A stretch of DNA of 32,000 nucleotides from an uncultured Nitrospinota bacterium (GCA_964570665.1 CAZMZH010000016.1:9642-41641), one strand, 5' to 3'. Shown: positions 1 to 9,315, counted from the stretch's first letter. A program made the numbers and translations. The notes: generated from the letters alone by a model not told the origin.

Positions 1-138
1 TTGCGGTCCAATGGCCAATAAAAACGCCCCTTCTTTATAGGGAACGGCCAATACGGGGTAAGCTTTTTTTAACTTTTCTTGGACATAACCATGCCTAGAA
101 GAAACGGCTTCAGTCCAGCGAAAGGGTTCGTCAAACAT
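1..138 (-). CDS. prcA: 20S proteasome alpha subunit PrcA, N-terminal part (gene continues beyond window start)
   Basis: Reverse complement from 138 reads MFDEPFRWTEAVSSRHGYVQEKLKKAYPVLAVPYKEGAFLLAIGPQ. Starts 8 bp inside the prcB 3' end; operon context. Confidence 0.75.
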   Translation of the reverse strand, partial: MFDEPFRWTEAVSSRHGYVQEKLKKAYPVLAVPYKEGAFLLAIGPQ

Positions 139-943
139 GAGCGTTTCTCTTCATAGATTTTTCAAAAATGGTGGCGATTTCTTCTTCATCCATAAATTGA
201 TAGCCGTCGGATGAAATGATAGAAATGATAGGGAAAATTTTATCTTCAGGCCGAGCCTTTCCGGTGGCGGTGTCAAAATGAGCGGCTGTATGCAAGAGAC
301 GGATCGCAAGTTCGGTCGCTTCTTCTCTAGTTCTTTCGGCTAATCGTTTGTCGCCCCACATATCTTCATATTCCAGTACCCCTTTTACCATGGGGGAACC
401 AGAACCTGTAACCGTGTGAGTGGTCATTTGAAATTCGGCGCCTAAGAGATCGTAAAAATGTATAGAAGATTTTTCTGTGTCTTGGTCGTATAGGGCAAAT
501 ATTGGACTGACGGCCCCAACGCCTTGCATAGCCATTCCAACATTTTCTTTTAACAAGCGTGAGAGCGCTCTGATTTTACCTTCGGCGCTTAAAGGTTGTA
601 GTTGGGATCGGCGATAATATTCGAAGTTGTGCGATAACACCCGAGCCATTTCAAAAGCGGTCGCAGGAGCGCCAGCGATAGCCATAACTGAGTAATCGTC
701 AATTGGGATTACTTTATCGCAACGTTCATACATGATGCTATTACCGGCCGTAGCTCTTCGGTCGCCGGCAACAATAACCCCTCCCTTAAAATGAAAAGCT
801 AAAACCGTCGTTCCATGAATCAATTCCGAGGAATCGATTTTACTTGGTTTTTCCAGACTATCAGATGGCAGAGAGTATCCGGATTTTTGCAATAATTCCC
901 AAAAGTCTCCAGGCGAGGTGAACTGATTTTCTATTTTCTTCAC
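131..943 (-). CDS. prcB: 20S proteasome beta subunit PrcB with propeptide (predicted cleavage before Thr in IHG|TTVLAFHFKGGVIVAGDRRATAG)
   Basis: Conserved GTT(T)V..F..GGV..AGDRRATAG catalytic N-terminus and beta-subunit fold motifs; GTG start overlapping the upstream stop. Confidence 0.95.
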   Translation of the reverse strand: MKKIENQFTSPGDFWELLQKSGYSLPSDSLEKPSKIDSSELIHGTTVLAFHFKGGVIVAGDRRATAGNSIMYERCDKVIPIDDYSVMAIAGAPATAFEMARVLSHNFEYYRRSQLQPLSAEGKIRALSRLLKENVGMAMQGVGAVSPIFALYDQDTEKSSIHFYDLLGAEFQMTTHTVTGSGSPMVKGVLEYEDMWGDKRLAERTREEATELAIRLLHTAAHFDTATGKARPEDKIFPIISIISSDGYQFMDEEEIATIFEKSMKRNAHV

Positions 944-1110
944 TCGCCCGTCCGCTGTTTATACTTTTCAGATTGTTTGGGGTCGACTTTTCGCATCCGT
1001 TTTAAAATATTGTCTTTTCCAGGCGACGAAACATCGGGTTTTTTAGGCCCGTCTTCGCGTCGTTCTGGAGGGGCGTCTTTTTTCTCTTCCCTTCTTAATG
1101 GATCGCTCAT
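940..1110 (-). CDS. Pup-like protein modifier UBact, 56 aa: MSDPLRREEKKDAPPERREDGPKKPDVSSPGKDNILKRMRKVDPKQSEKYKQRTGE (not in supplied ORF track)
   Basis: Translated by hand from the reverse complement. Charged disordered N-terminus, NILKRMRKVDP..S.KY.QRTGE C-terminus with terminal Gly-Glu, AAGGAG Shine-Dalgarno upstream, ATGA/GTGA overlaps with dop and prcB, canonical position between dop and prcB. Confidence 0.93.
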   Translation of the reverse strand: MSDPLRREEKKDAPPERREDGPKKPDVSSPGKDNILKRMRKVDPKQSEKYKQRTGE

Positions 1111-2588
1111 GCAAACCGCTCCTTTTCCAATTTTAAAGCTTCAGAAACTTCTTCGGGAGTAATCACCCGAGTTAAATCGTTATAACTTCCATCTTTATAT
1201 TCTACGCCTGTCCAATGAATATTTTTAATAGAATCTGCACAATATTCTACAGCTTTTCCTCGGACCATGGCGCGTGTCCCATCAGGAGGTGAATCCATTG
1301 CTTCGGCAATCTTTTCTTCCGGTGAAAACTGAAGAATTCTTCCTTCTTGCTCCAGTCCGCGAAAAAGTCCGCGTTCTGGATCTATATTATGATACTCCAA
1401 ATCGAGGCTTTTCATCCATGGATCGTTCCACTCCAAATGCTCAGCGACCATAAATTCGGCAAAAAGCTTCTTTTTTATCGCCCAGTCTATACGATTCGAA
1501 AGTTTTTCGGGAGAATTTTTTAGATCGTCTAAAGTCCTTTCCCACTCCTTTAATATCCAGTCCCAGTCTTCTCTTTGTCCAGCGTATGATTTTTGGGCTT
1601 TTTCCAAATAAAATTCCTGAATTTCTAAAGAAGAAATGGATTTTCCATTTTTTCGTTTTAATAAAATGGTACCCGTTAGATCCCTTGAAACTTCTTTAAT
1701 GTCCCATACAGGTTCGGTCAGTTCTGGAACGGTTCCCAATTTTTCTTCTCCTATGAGAGTAAGTACCAATTGGGTTGCTCCCACTTTTAAAGCCGTTGCA
1801 TAAGGCGACATATTTGCGTCGCCCAAGATCAAATGAAGACGCCTGTATTTATCGGACGCTGCATGCGGCTCATCGCGTGTATTCACAATGGGTCTTTGAG
1901 TCATGGTTTCTATGCTCAAAAGACATTCTATAAAATCGGCTCTTTGTGATAACTGTAGTTTTTCGAAGGGAGCTAATTCTTTGCACTCGGTTCCAACTTT
2001 TCCGGATCCTGCATACAACTGCCGTGTCACTAAAAAAGGAACTAAACCGTCAACCCATTGTTGAAAAGGTAACGCTCGAGGGATCAGATAATTATCATGG
2101 GTCCCATAACTGTGGCCTATATAGTCGGTATTATTTTTAAAAAGCTGTATGGAGTCTTCGCCTAAATCTTTATTCCGTAGCCGAGCGCATTCCGCAAGTA
2201 TGTGTTCTCCCGCCTGATCGTGCGCCACTAAATCAAAAATGTTTGCGCATTCCGGAGTGCTGTATTCAGGATGGGTGTGATCGTTATAAAAACGAGCTCC
2301 GTTAGCCAAAACTCGATCGCATTTCATATCCCAATATGAATAGGGTCTTTTACGATCCTCCTTACAAAACTCGTCTTCCTCTTCGTCTTGGGCGAGACGT
2401 TCGACAGAAAAACCGCGTTGGTCCGTATGAGTTCGTTCTCTAAAATAAGCCCAAAGGCGGAATACGCTTTTTTTTTCGCAACGTTTCAATAACGCCATAG
2501 ACTCTTCTACGGGATCGGAATCTTCAACGTTTTCACGGATAATTCCGTATTCTGTTTCAATTCCCATTAAGGGAACAATATCGGTCAT
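1107..2588 (-). CDS. dop: Dop/PafA carboxylate-amine ligase family protein, most like Dop (depupylase/deamidase)
   Basis: MGIETEYGI N-terminus, NGARFYNDHTHPEYSTPEC, HDQAGE, VTRQLYAGSGKVG; located between ARC and the Pup-like gene. Confidence 0.88.
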   Translation of the reverse strand: MTDIVPLMGIETEYGIIRENVEDSDPVEESMALLKRCEKKSVFRLWAYFRERTHTDQRGFSVERLAQDEEEDEFCKEDRKRPYSYWDMKCDRVLANGARFYNDHTHPEYSTPECANIFDLVAHDQAGEHILAECARLRNKDLGEDSIQLFKNNTDYIGHSYGTHDNYLIPRALPFQQWVDGLVPFLVTRQLYAGSGKVGTECKELAPFEKLQLSQRADFIECLLSIETMTQRPIVNTRDEPHAASDKYRRLHLILGDANMSPYATALKVGATQLVLTLIGEEKLGTVPELTEPVWDIKEVSRDLTGTILLKRKNGKSISSLEIQEFYLEKAQKSYAGQREDWDWILKEWERTLDDLKNSPEKLSNRIDWAIKKKLFAEFMVAEHLEWNDPWMKSLDLEYHNIDPERGLFRGLEQEGRILQFSPEEKIAEAMDSPPDGTRAMVRGKAVEYCADSIKNIHWTGVEYKDGSYNDLTRVITPEEVSEALKLEKERFA

Positions 2589-4195
2589 ATCATGGAGCGA
2601 GTGAGAGTCTGATCTGTTGCGTCGTCGGATTCTTTAGGACGTCTAATTCGAGCTACGCTTTGAGAATCGAAGTCTAAAAGTTGGAGCCAATCTTCCATAT
2701 TAGGATCTGCGGGGAAAATACTTCCTTCATTAAACTCGTTTTCTATGGCTGAAGTTAGATCTTCAGGCTTGATGGTCAATTCTTCTCCTGCAATAGCCCG
2801 CTCAATGGCAATTTCTTTGGCCCGTTTAACCACATTTTCTAGAATGGCCCCCGAAATAAAATCATGCCAATAAAGTTTTTTCATATCCCCATTCTTTAAA
2901 GAAAGGGTCAAAACATTTTGTTTAGAGTCTTTTGAAAAAAGAGTTTCCAAAGCGGGCGTTATCATTTCTTCCACGCTGGATTTTTCAAACGGCAATTTTT
3001 CCGTTAAATAGATTTTTAGTATCTCTTCGCATCCTTGGCGATCTGGGCGAGAAACTTTAATTTTTCGATCAATTCTTCCCGGTCTCAAGATTGCGGGATC
3101 AATTAAGTCTGGCCTGTTTGTCGCTAATATTACGACCGCATCTCGAAGCGATTGCACGCCGTCCATTTCAGCGCAAAACATAGGAACCAAGGTATTAGAA
3201 ATATTATTGCCTCGCATAGCTTGTCGTGTTCCTAAAACGGATTCGGCTTCGTCGATAAAAATAAAAGGCATTTGTCCCTGGTCGCGATACTCCCGAGCTT
3301 TTTGAAAAATTTCGCGAACCTTTCTCTCAGATTCGCCTAACCACATATTCAAAATTTCGGGGCCTTTTACGTGGATGAATCGGCCTTGGATATCTTTACC
3401 GCCGTCTTCGCCTAGTTTGCTAACTATTTCCGTCAATATGGCTTTTCCAACCAGAGTTTTACCGCACCCTGGCGGGCCGTAAAAAAGAAACCCTCTTGGC
3501 AACTCGTATTCCATCTTCTCAATGATTTCTCCGTGTAAAATGGGATACTCAATTACTTTACGAACTTCGTTAACGGCTTTTTCCTGGCCGCCAACTCGGT
3601 TCCACTCCACCGGTTTGAAATCGTCTTCTACTAATTTGTTGGATTGCCGTTTGGGTAATTTGCCAATGACAACTTTTTGCGAAGGGTCTAAATAGACCTC
3701 GTCGCCTTCTTTAAACGATTCGCTTTCTAGGCCGTCCCGGATGTAAACCATAGATTCGGCGGCGCCGGTTCCTGAAGACACTAGCCATTGGTCATTTTCC
3801 AATTTACAAGAAAGCCTTGATAATGGACCTTGCTCGGGCATATTCAATTTTGAGATTATGGCGAAGCCCTCGTTTAAGGCCACTAAATCTCCTAATTTTA
3901 ATTCTTCTTCAATTTCTGGAGAAACCGCCGCCTGATATTCTTGACCTCCCACAGACAGCCTGAGCAAATCGCCTTCGCCAGGGCCTAAAACGACGCCAAT
4001 TCTATGGGCCGGGGATTTTAGCTGTTCGATAGTCTCTTCTAACGTTTTTATTTTCAACGTCAACCGCTGGGTTTCTTGCTGAGAATGAAGCAACGCATCG
4101 CGTAAGTCAAAAATCTTGGCTTGCAGTTCTGGGTGTTCCTCGGTTTCTTCTAAAATTCTTTCAATCAGTTCAGATATATGAGTCGAATCGCCCAT
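2585..4195 (-). CDS. arc: Proteasome-associated AAA+ ATPase ARC/Mpa
   Basis: N-terminal coiled coil, OB domain, Walker A GPPGCGKT, Walker B FIFIDEAE, GRIDRKIKVSRPD second region of homology. Confidence 0.93.
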   Translation of the reverse strand: MGDSTHISELIERILEETEEHPELQAKIFDLRDALLHSQQETQRLTLKIKTLEETIEQLKSPAHRIGVVLGPGEGDLLRLSVGGQEYQAAVSPEIEEELKLGDLVALNEGFAIISKLNMPEQGPLSRLSCKLENDQWLVSSGTGAAESMVYIRDGLESESFKEGDEVYLDPSQKVVIGKLPKRQSNKLVEDDFKPVEWNRVGGQEKAVNEVRKVIEYPILHGEIIEKMEYELPRGFLFYGPPGCGKTLVGKAILTEIVSKLGEDGGKDIQGRFIHVKGPEILNMWLGESERKVREIFQKAREYRDQGQMPFIFIDEAESVLGTRQAMRGNNISNTLVPMFCAEMDGVQSLRDAVVILATNRPDLIDPAILRPGRIDRKIKVSRPDRQGCEEILKIYLTEKLPFEKSSVEEMITPALETLFSKDSKQNVLTLSLKNGDMKKLYWHDFISGAILENVVKRAKEIAIERAIAGEELTIKPEDLTSAIENEFNEGSIFPADPNMEDWLQLLDFDSQSVARIRRPKESDDATDQTLTRSMI

Positions 4196-4455
4196 TAAAT
4201 TTCCTTATTTTGTATTGGGATTGAGTCCATTTTATGACCATTAAAAATAAAAGGTCAAGACAATTGTCTTAAAACCTATTTTAGCAAAAATCAAAAAATT
4301 TCTTTTTTTTCAATAGATTTTAAATGTATAGCGCAAAAAATCTATGGTTAAACCTATTTTTTAGATAATGGTTGCGAGTGGCGTTAATTACATGTAAAAA
4401 TGAGGAGAAGACCTGTTTTTTTTAATAGATTTACCTCCAATAAAACCAGCTAATT

Positions 4456-5757
4456 TTGATGAGTTCTCGCAAAGTTCATAATAAATCAAGTATAGAAAAG
4501 TGTGTTCTTAGCTTTAGTCACGACAAGTTTCCATCCCGAGAGGAAGCGGACGAAGTTAGTATCAATAAAGCAAAAAGAGAAATTGCCGCCGGGAAAAAAG
4601 GGATCAGTCATCTTATATTAAGGGCCGAGAACGAAGAAATCGATAGACTTAAATTTCTTTTTCCAATTTGTGGCGTTCCAATCATGTGTTACGCGCTGGC
4701 GAATGTTCTAAACTCCAGTTTAAAAGAAATCGCCGTCATTGGTTCTCCTCAAGTTCGTCTGGTTCTAGACGCTTATTTAGAAAATATTGGCGATCAAGGT
4801 AAAAAAGTCGTTTTTGTTGATGAGGAAAAAGATAATCTCAGTTTAGGTCGCGCCATGACATCGGGGCGGGATGCTCTTCAGCCTAGTTCTGACGAATTGA
4901 TTTTATTTCAACCGGGCGATCTTCCTTTTATGTACGATGTGGAAAAAGTTCTTCAAGATAGCGATATTGCCAGTCACAATTTAATTTTATGGCTCAACGC
5001 TCGCAATACCATGTTCCCCGAAACTGACGTGAATCCGGACTCGGAATTTATTGTCAGAAATTATCATTACAGGGCTATTGACCAAGATGCCGATCTATTA
5101 TTCGATATTAAAGAGCCCAATATATACCCCATTAACTTTAGTTCGGTAGAACCCGATATTATCGACCTTCTTCATCAAACGCGAAAAGACGGAAAAATTT
5201 TTCAAGCGTTATTGCGCAAAACTTTGAAGCACCCGCGTCGTCTAATGAGGATGTTATCCGTATTTGCGCAAGAGGCTCTTTTATTCAGATCGGCTGCTGC
5301 TCGTTACCGGCCAGACGACGAATATCAATTCGGAATGCATAAAGACAGATTTGATCGAGGCGCGTCCATATTATTGGACACAAATGTTACGTCTAAATTC
5401 CACGACGACCCAGCATTTGTTGCCGATGTAGACGCCTTAGAAGACTGGGAAGATTATGAAGAGGTTGGACATTACGCCGAAACCCATCATGGAGAAGATG
5501 GGTTGTCAACAATTCATCCCTATGGGCAAGCGCTGATTCAATTTAAAGAGAAGGTTATGCCTCGGCTAAAAACTCAAATTCCTCTTTACCATGATTTCCC
5601 AAGTTATATGAATCAGTTGTATCAATCTCTCCAAATGGACAGACAACCCTTTGACGAATCTGGAGAATATATTTCTCAAAATTCCGAGCTAGCAAAAACG
5701 AAAACGGCTTTTCATTGGTATAGCGAAAAAACTAAAAGCCTCCTGCAATTTACATAG
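4456..5757 (+). CDS. Nucleotidyltransferase-fold (MobA-like/NTP transferase) protein of unknown role
   Basis: LFPICGVPIMCYALANVLNSSLKEIAVIG.. and LILFQPGDLPFMYD resemble an NTP-transferase substrate fold. TTG at 4456 or ATG at 4459 are possible starts. Confidence 0.5.
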   Translation: MMSSRKVHNKSSIEKCVLSFSHDKFPSREEADEVSINKAKREIAAGKKGISHLILRAENEEIDRLKFLFPICGVPIMCYALANVLNSSLKEIAVIGSPQVRLVLDAYLENIGDQGKKVVFVDEEKDNLSLGRAMTSGRDALQPSSDELILFQPGDLPFMYDVEKVLQDSDIASHNLILWLNARNTMFPETDVNPDSEFIVRNYHYRAIDQDADLLFDIKEPNIYPINFSSVEPDIIDLLHQTRKDGKIFQALLRKTLKHPRRLMRMLSVFAQEALLFRSAAARYRPDDEYQFGMHKDRFDRGASILLDTNVTSKFHDDPAFVADVDALEDWEDYEEVGHYAETHHGEDGLSTIHPYGQALIQFKEKVMPRLKTQIPLYHDFPSYMNQLYQSLQMDRQPFDESGEYISQNSELAKTKTAFHWYSEKTKSLLQFT

Positions 5758-5805
5758 CGTTTTTTAAAAGCGGCCAATTCTAATCCTGTTTCAAGCCTTA
5801 ATTTA

Positions 5806-6870
5806 ATGATGAAGCAACGCCCAACCTTAAGAACCTTTGTTCTTCTTTCAGTTCTTATTCATTTAGTGATTGCTATCACCCACAAACTTTATCCAAAAGT
5901 TTCAGATCCTATCGAAAAGAAACCGCCGGTCAAAGTAAAGTTTGTCGCTCCTAAAAAGCCGGAGATACCTCAGTTTGTAGAAACTTCCAAACCAAAAAAA
6001 ACGGAAGCTGCAAAGACTTCCGAGATTGTCTCAAAGTACAATAGTAAAGCTCATTCACCGGCAAAAATACATAACACTCCAAAACTAAAAGCAAAAAAAA
6101 CTATCATTCCTAAATTGGTTCCAAGAAAACCGACACCTTTGCCGACTCCGGTCGAAAAACCTAAAAAACTTGCGAAAAAACCAAAAAAGGTTATTAAAAA
6201 GAAGCCGGAACCTCCTAAAAAGAAACCTAAAAAAATTGTTAAAAAATCGCCAAAACCTCCTAAAAAAGAACTAAAGAAAAAAGTCGATAAAACTCCAGAG
6301 AGAAAAATTGAAACTAAGAGAAAAATAAAGGCTATAGAACCAAAACCAAAACTGGAAATTACAGAAAAGCTTATAGAGCGGACTTTTGAACCTAAGGTAC
6401 ACCCTAGAAAACCCATAAAATCTCCAGAGCTTCCTCAGTCTCAAAGTTTATTGGCAATGATAGATGGAATTGATCCAGAAAAATTCGCAACGATTGAGAC
6501 GGAAGACGAAGAAGAGTCCGGCGATGAAGAAGTGGTTTCTCTCAACACAAAGGAAGTCAAATACGCCGATTATATGGCGCGCATAAAACATCAAATTGAA
6601 AAAGTATGGAGTTATCCCGAGCAAGCGGCGAGAAAGGGCATCAGCGGTCAAATAACTTTAAGGTTTAAATTATCTAAGGATGGTAACTTGTTAAGCGTTC
6701 GTATGGTAGATAGCTCCGGAACCAAGATTTTAGACGTGGCGGCTATAAAAGCGGTAAAAGGCGCTGCGCCTTACTATCCTTTCCCCGCCACCATAACAAG
6801 TAAAAAACTAGTGATTACCGCTTCATTCATTTATAGCCCATCCTATGGCAATCCCTATGCTAATAGATAA
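5806..6870 (+). CDS. TonB-family energy transducer
   Basis: Single N-terminal TM, long Lys/Pro-rich spacer, C-terminal TonB domain (YADYMARIKHQIEKVWSYPEQAARKGISGQITLRFKLSKDG). Confidence 0.88.
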   Translation: MMKQRPTLRTFVLLSVLIHLVIAITHKLYPKVSDPIEKKPPVKVKFVAPKKPEIPQFVETSKPKKTEAAKTSEIVSKYNSKAHSPAKIHNTPKLKAKKTIIPKLVPRKPTPLPTPVEKPKKLAKKPKKVIKKKPEPPKKKPKKIVKKSPKPPKKELKKKVDKTPERKIETKRKIKAIEPKPKLEITEKLIERTFEPKVHPRKPIKSPELPQSQSLLAMIDGIDPEKFATIETEDEEESGDEEVVSLNTKEVKYADYMARIKHQIEKVWSYPEQAARKGISGQITLRFKLSKDGNLLSVRMVDSSGTKILDVAAIKAVKGAAPYYPFPATITSKKLVITASFIYSPSYGNPYANR

Positions 6871-7430
6871 AGTTTACTAAGGTCGAGAGGAAAACTCCTT
6901 CTTAAGAAACTTACCTTTTACTTGAGAAATCTCCCTCCCTTTAATTAAAGTTTAAATGATTTATCGAGAAGAATAAGCTTGCTAAGTTTAAAAATCGAGA
7001 GATAAAAGGGATAAATCGCTATACAAACTTAAGCTTTTAAACAGAATCCATACTATTTCTTCAGTACATCGAAAGGGACAGAAAAAAATCACAAATTTCG
7101 GATTTCCTAAATAATTTCGGAAAAATAAATTTTATTTAAAGAAATTTCTTTACACAAACTATTGATTTTATAATAACTATTCCCGCCTTCCATTAAATCG
7201 TCCTTTTGGTCTATTGAAATTTCTTCTTATTATGTTACATTTTTGCAACAATCATAAGGTTTTTCCTATCTAATATTTTTATAGAAATTTAGTTTGTGAA
7301 CCATGAAAGGAGAAGTTGACTAATTCTAGCCTCACTAAAACTACATTTATTTTAGAGGTAGTATTTGTGTTTTTACGACCCCGTTTCGAGGGCCTTTTAT
7401 TTTCGGAATTATTAGATATCGAATTAGCAT

Positions 7431-7598
7431 ATGTGTAAAAAGCTAAAAAAGACGGTTCAAGTTTTGTTAAATACGATTGCCGATCTACAGCAGCAGATAA
7501 ATACCACCGAGTCAACTCCCGAACCTCAAGGTTACGCCAATCCTCAAGGTCCGGATGTTTGTGAAATTCCAAAGCATCCAATTACCAAAATCTTTTAG
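7431..7598 (+). CDS. Possible small ORF, 55 aa (MCKKLKKTVQVLLNTIADLQQQINTTESTPEPQGYANPQGPDVCEIPKHPITKIF)
   Basis: Hand translation; lies immediately upstream of the secreted protein gene; no clear Shine-Dalgarno. Confidence 0.3.
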   Translation: MCKKLKKTVQVLLNTIADLQQQINTTESTPEPQGYANPQGPDVCEIPKHPITKIF

Positions 7599-7634
7599 GT
7601 TTTTATTTGTAGTAATCCAAAAGAGGAAAACATC

Positions 7635-8795
7635 ATGAAAATTACCAAACATTTTTATAATTTTTTTTGTGGGGTCATACTTTCTTTATTCATTGCCAAC
7701 TCTGCCTGGGCGGTCAATGTTAATATTGACCCTGTAGGATATGAGGGTAATTGGGCGATAAAATTTGTTACCGGACAACTTTCTGGTCCACAAATTATCG
7801 ATCTACCGGCAAATAGCTCTTACACGCTTACAATTGGAACGTTTGGAATGTTTTTTAATATTGATGCCGCAGGTAACGTGTCATCCGCTGCAACGGATTC
7901 CATAGTAGCATCCGGTAATACCATTACGTTTAGAAACGTCACGATCAATTTTGACGCGGGGAATTATATTGGTTCAAGCGGTCCAAGGAATGCCGGCCCA
8001 CGTATTAATGGTTCCCACAGTAGAGTCTTGGTTCCGGGTATCTCATACCAATTGTTTATTGGGACACATATCGTTCCTTTAAGTATAGACGCAGCTGGCC
8101 AGGTCTCTTCAACCGCTACTGATTCTATTACGGCTTCGGGAAACGTGGTTACTTTTAACAATGTCAGTATAACGGTGGATCCAAATGGTTCGATCACTCC
8201 CTATTCGGTTAGATTTGCCACCGATAGAGTTACAGGAATTCAAACGTTGGTTCTGGTCCCAGGAATCTCTTATCAGTTTTTAACTTTTGGAGCGGTGAGA
8301 GGAGGAGGTCCTTTTTCCATCGTCGCCCCTTGTGAAATTATACCAACCACATTAGCAATCAATGATGACACTTTCGATTTCGCATGTTTCAATCCTGAAA
8401 TTCAGGTAGTAGTAGACATAAAACCGGGCGGCTGTGAAAACCCGATCAATTACAAAAGTAAAGGAAATACTCCAGTCGCCATTCTTGGCGCTGAGGATTT
8501 TGACGTTTCCACGATTGATGTCGATTCTATTCGCTTGGCTGGTCAAGAGGGTTTCAAGTTTTCAATCGAAGATGTTGCTAATTCCACCGAATGTGACGGG
8601 GTGGATGGAATAGAAGATTTAACTTTTAAAATCCAAACACAAACACTACTCGAAGGAATCAAGGACGCTGTTGGAGGTTTAAGCGATGGCGATACGGTTT
8701 CCGTAGAAGTTACCGGTAATTTAAATGAAGATTCTAACGGTACCGCAATAACAGGTGGCGACGAAGTTTCGATCTTGATAAAAGGTAAAAAGTAA
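7635..8795 (+). CDS. Secreted protein with internal ~75-aa repeats and a C-terminal IKPGG..PI..KSKGNTPVAILGAEDFDV domain
   Basis: Signal peptide (MKITKHFYNFFCGVILSLFIANSAWA), RBS gaggaaaacatc, internal repeats recognised by eye. Confidence 0.75.
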   Translation: MKITKHFYNFFCGVILSLFIANSAWAVNVNIDPVGYEGNWAIKFVTGQLSGPQIIDLPANSSYTLTIGTFGMFFNIDAAGNVSSAATDSIVASGNTITFRNVTINFDAGNYIGSSGPRNAGPRINGSHSRVLVPGISYQLFIGTHIVPLSIDAAGQVSSTATDSITASGNVVTFNNVSITVDPNGSITPYSVRFATDRVTGIQTLVLVPGISYQFLTFGAVRGGGPFSIVAPCEIIPTTLAINDDTFDFACFNPEIQVVVDIKPGGCENPINYKSKGNTPVAILGAEDFDVSTIDVDSIRLAGQEGFKFSIEDVANSTECDGVDGIEDLTFKIQTQTLLEGIKDAVGGLSDGDTVSVEVTGNLNEDSNGTAITGGDEVSILIKGKK

Positions 8796-8810
8796 CTTCT
8801 CAAAATTAAG

Positions 8811-8848
8811 AAGGACGTAGCCTTCGGGTTACGTCCCTTTTCTTTTCA
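8811..8848 (+). terminator. Rho-independent terminator downstream of the secreted protein gene
   Basis: GGACGTAgCC-TTCG-GGtTACGTCC hairpin followed by ctTTTCTTTT. Confidence 0.75.
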
Positions 8849-9005
8849 TTCCTTTACCAACATAAGTAAAAACACTTCCTTTATTCGATTTTTAAAATCT
8901 AAAGGATTACGCCCTCCGAGAAGCTAACAGTATTTCCCGTCTAAAGAAAAACCGTTGATTTTTCTGGTTAAAAACGTTTAAATGGTCGTCTTGCCAAAAG
9001 CCAAG

Positions 9006-9043
9006 GCCGACGTAGCTCAGGGGTAGAGCAACTGATTCGTAAT
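9006..9043 (+). pseudogene. 5' half of tRNA-Thr(CGT), truncated in the anticodon arm
   Basis: GCCGACG TA GCTCAGGGGTAGAGC A ACTGA TTCGTAA T matches acceptor 5' strand, D-arm and anticodon 5' stem. The downstream sequence does not supply TCAGT, the T-arm or the acceptor 3' strand. Confidence 0.75.
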
Positions 9044-9315
9044 TAATTATTCATTTTAAGGGTTCTTATAAATCAATAACTTAGAGGGGCTGCCCGTTGC
9101 TGATATGTCCCTAAACGTCCTAAAACGTTCTATAACCTCGCACAAAATCCGCACAAAGTTTAATTAGATAACACACTCAATATTCCCGATAGACTTCATC
9201 AAAAAAATATCTTTTAAACTGCCTGCTTATTGATTAAGAGTCAGAAACGGCTCATTTTAGTAACCGCTTGGTGTTGGGGCGGTTTCGTGAGTCTACAAAT
9301 TTTTCAAAAATTTAA

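Noticed and set aside
977-1162. 61-aa plus-strand ORF from the track
   Set aside because: Antisense to the convincing UBact and dop coding sequence, with no family features.
6051-6416. 121-aa minus-strand ORF (Phe/Gly-rich)
   Set aside because: Mirror image of the Lys/Pro-rich TonB spacer; low-complexity artefact.
7279-7581. 100-aa minus-strand ORF
   Set aside because: No recognisable motif or RBS and isolated in the opposite direction to its neighbours; could not be supported.
8543-8803. Minus-strand ORF inside the secreted protein gene
   Set aside because: Antisense to the well-supported 7635-8795 CDS and overlaps its terminator region.
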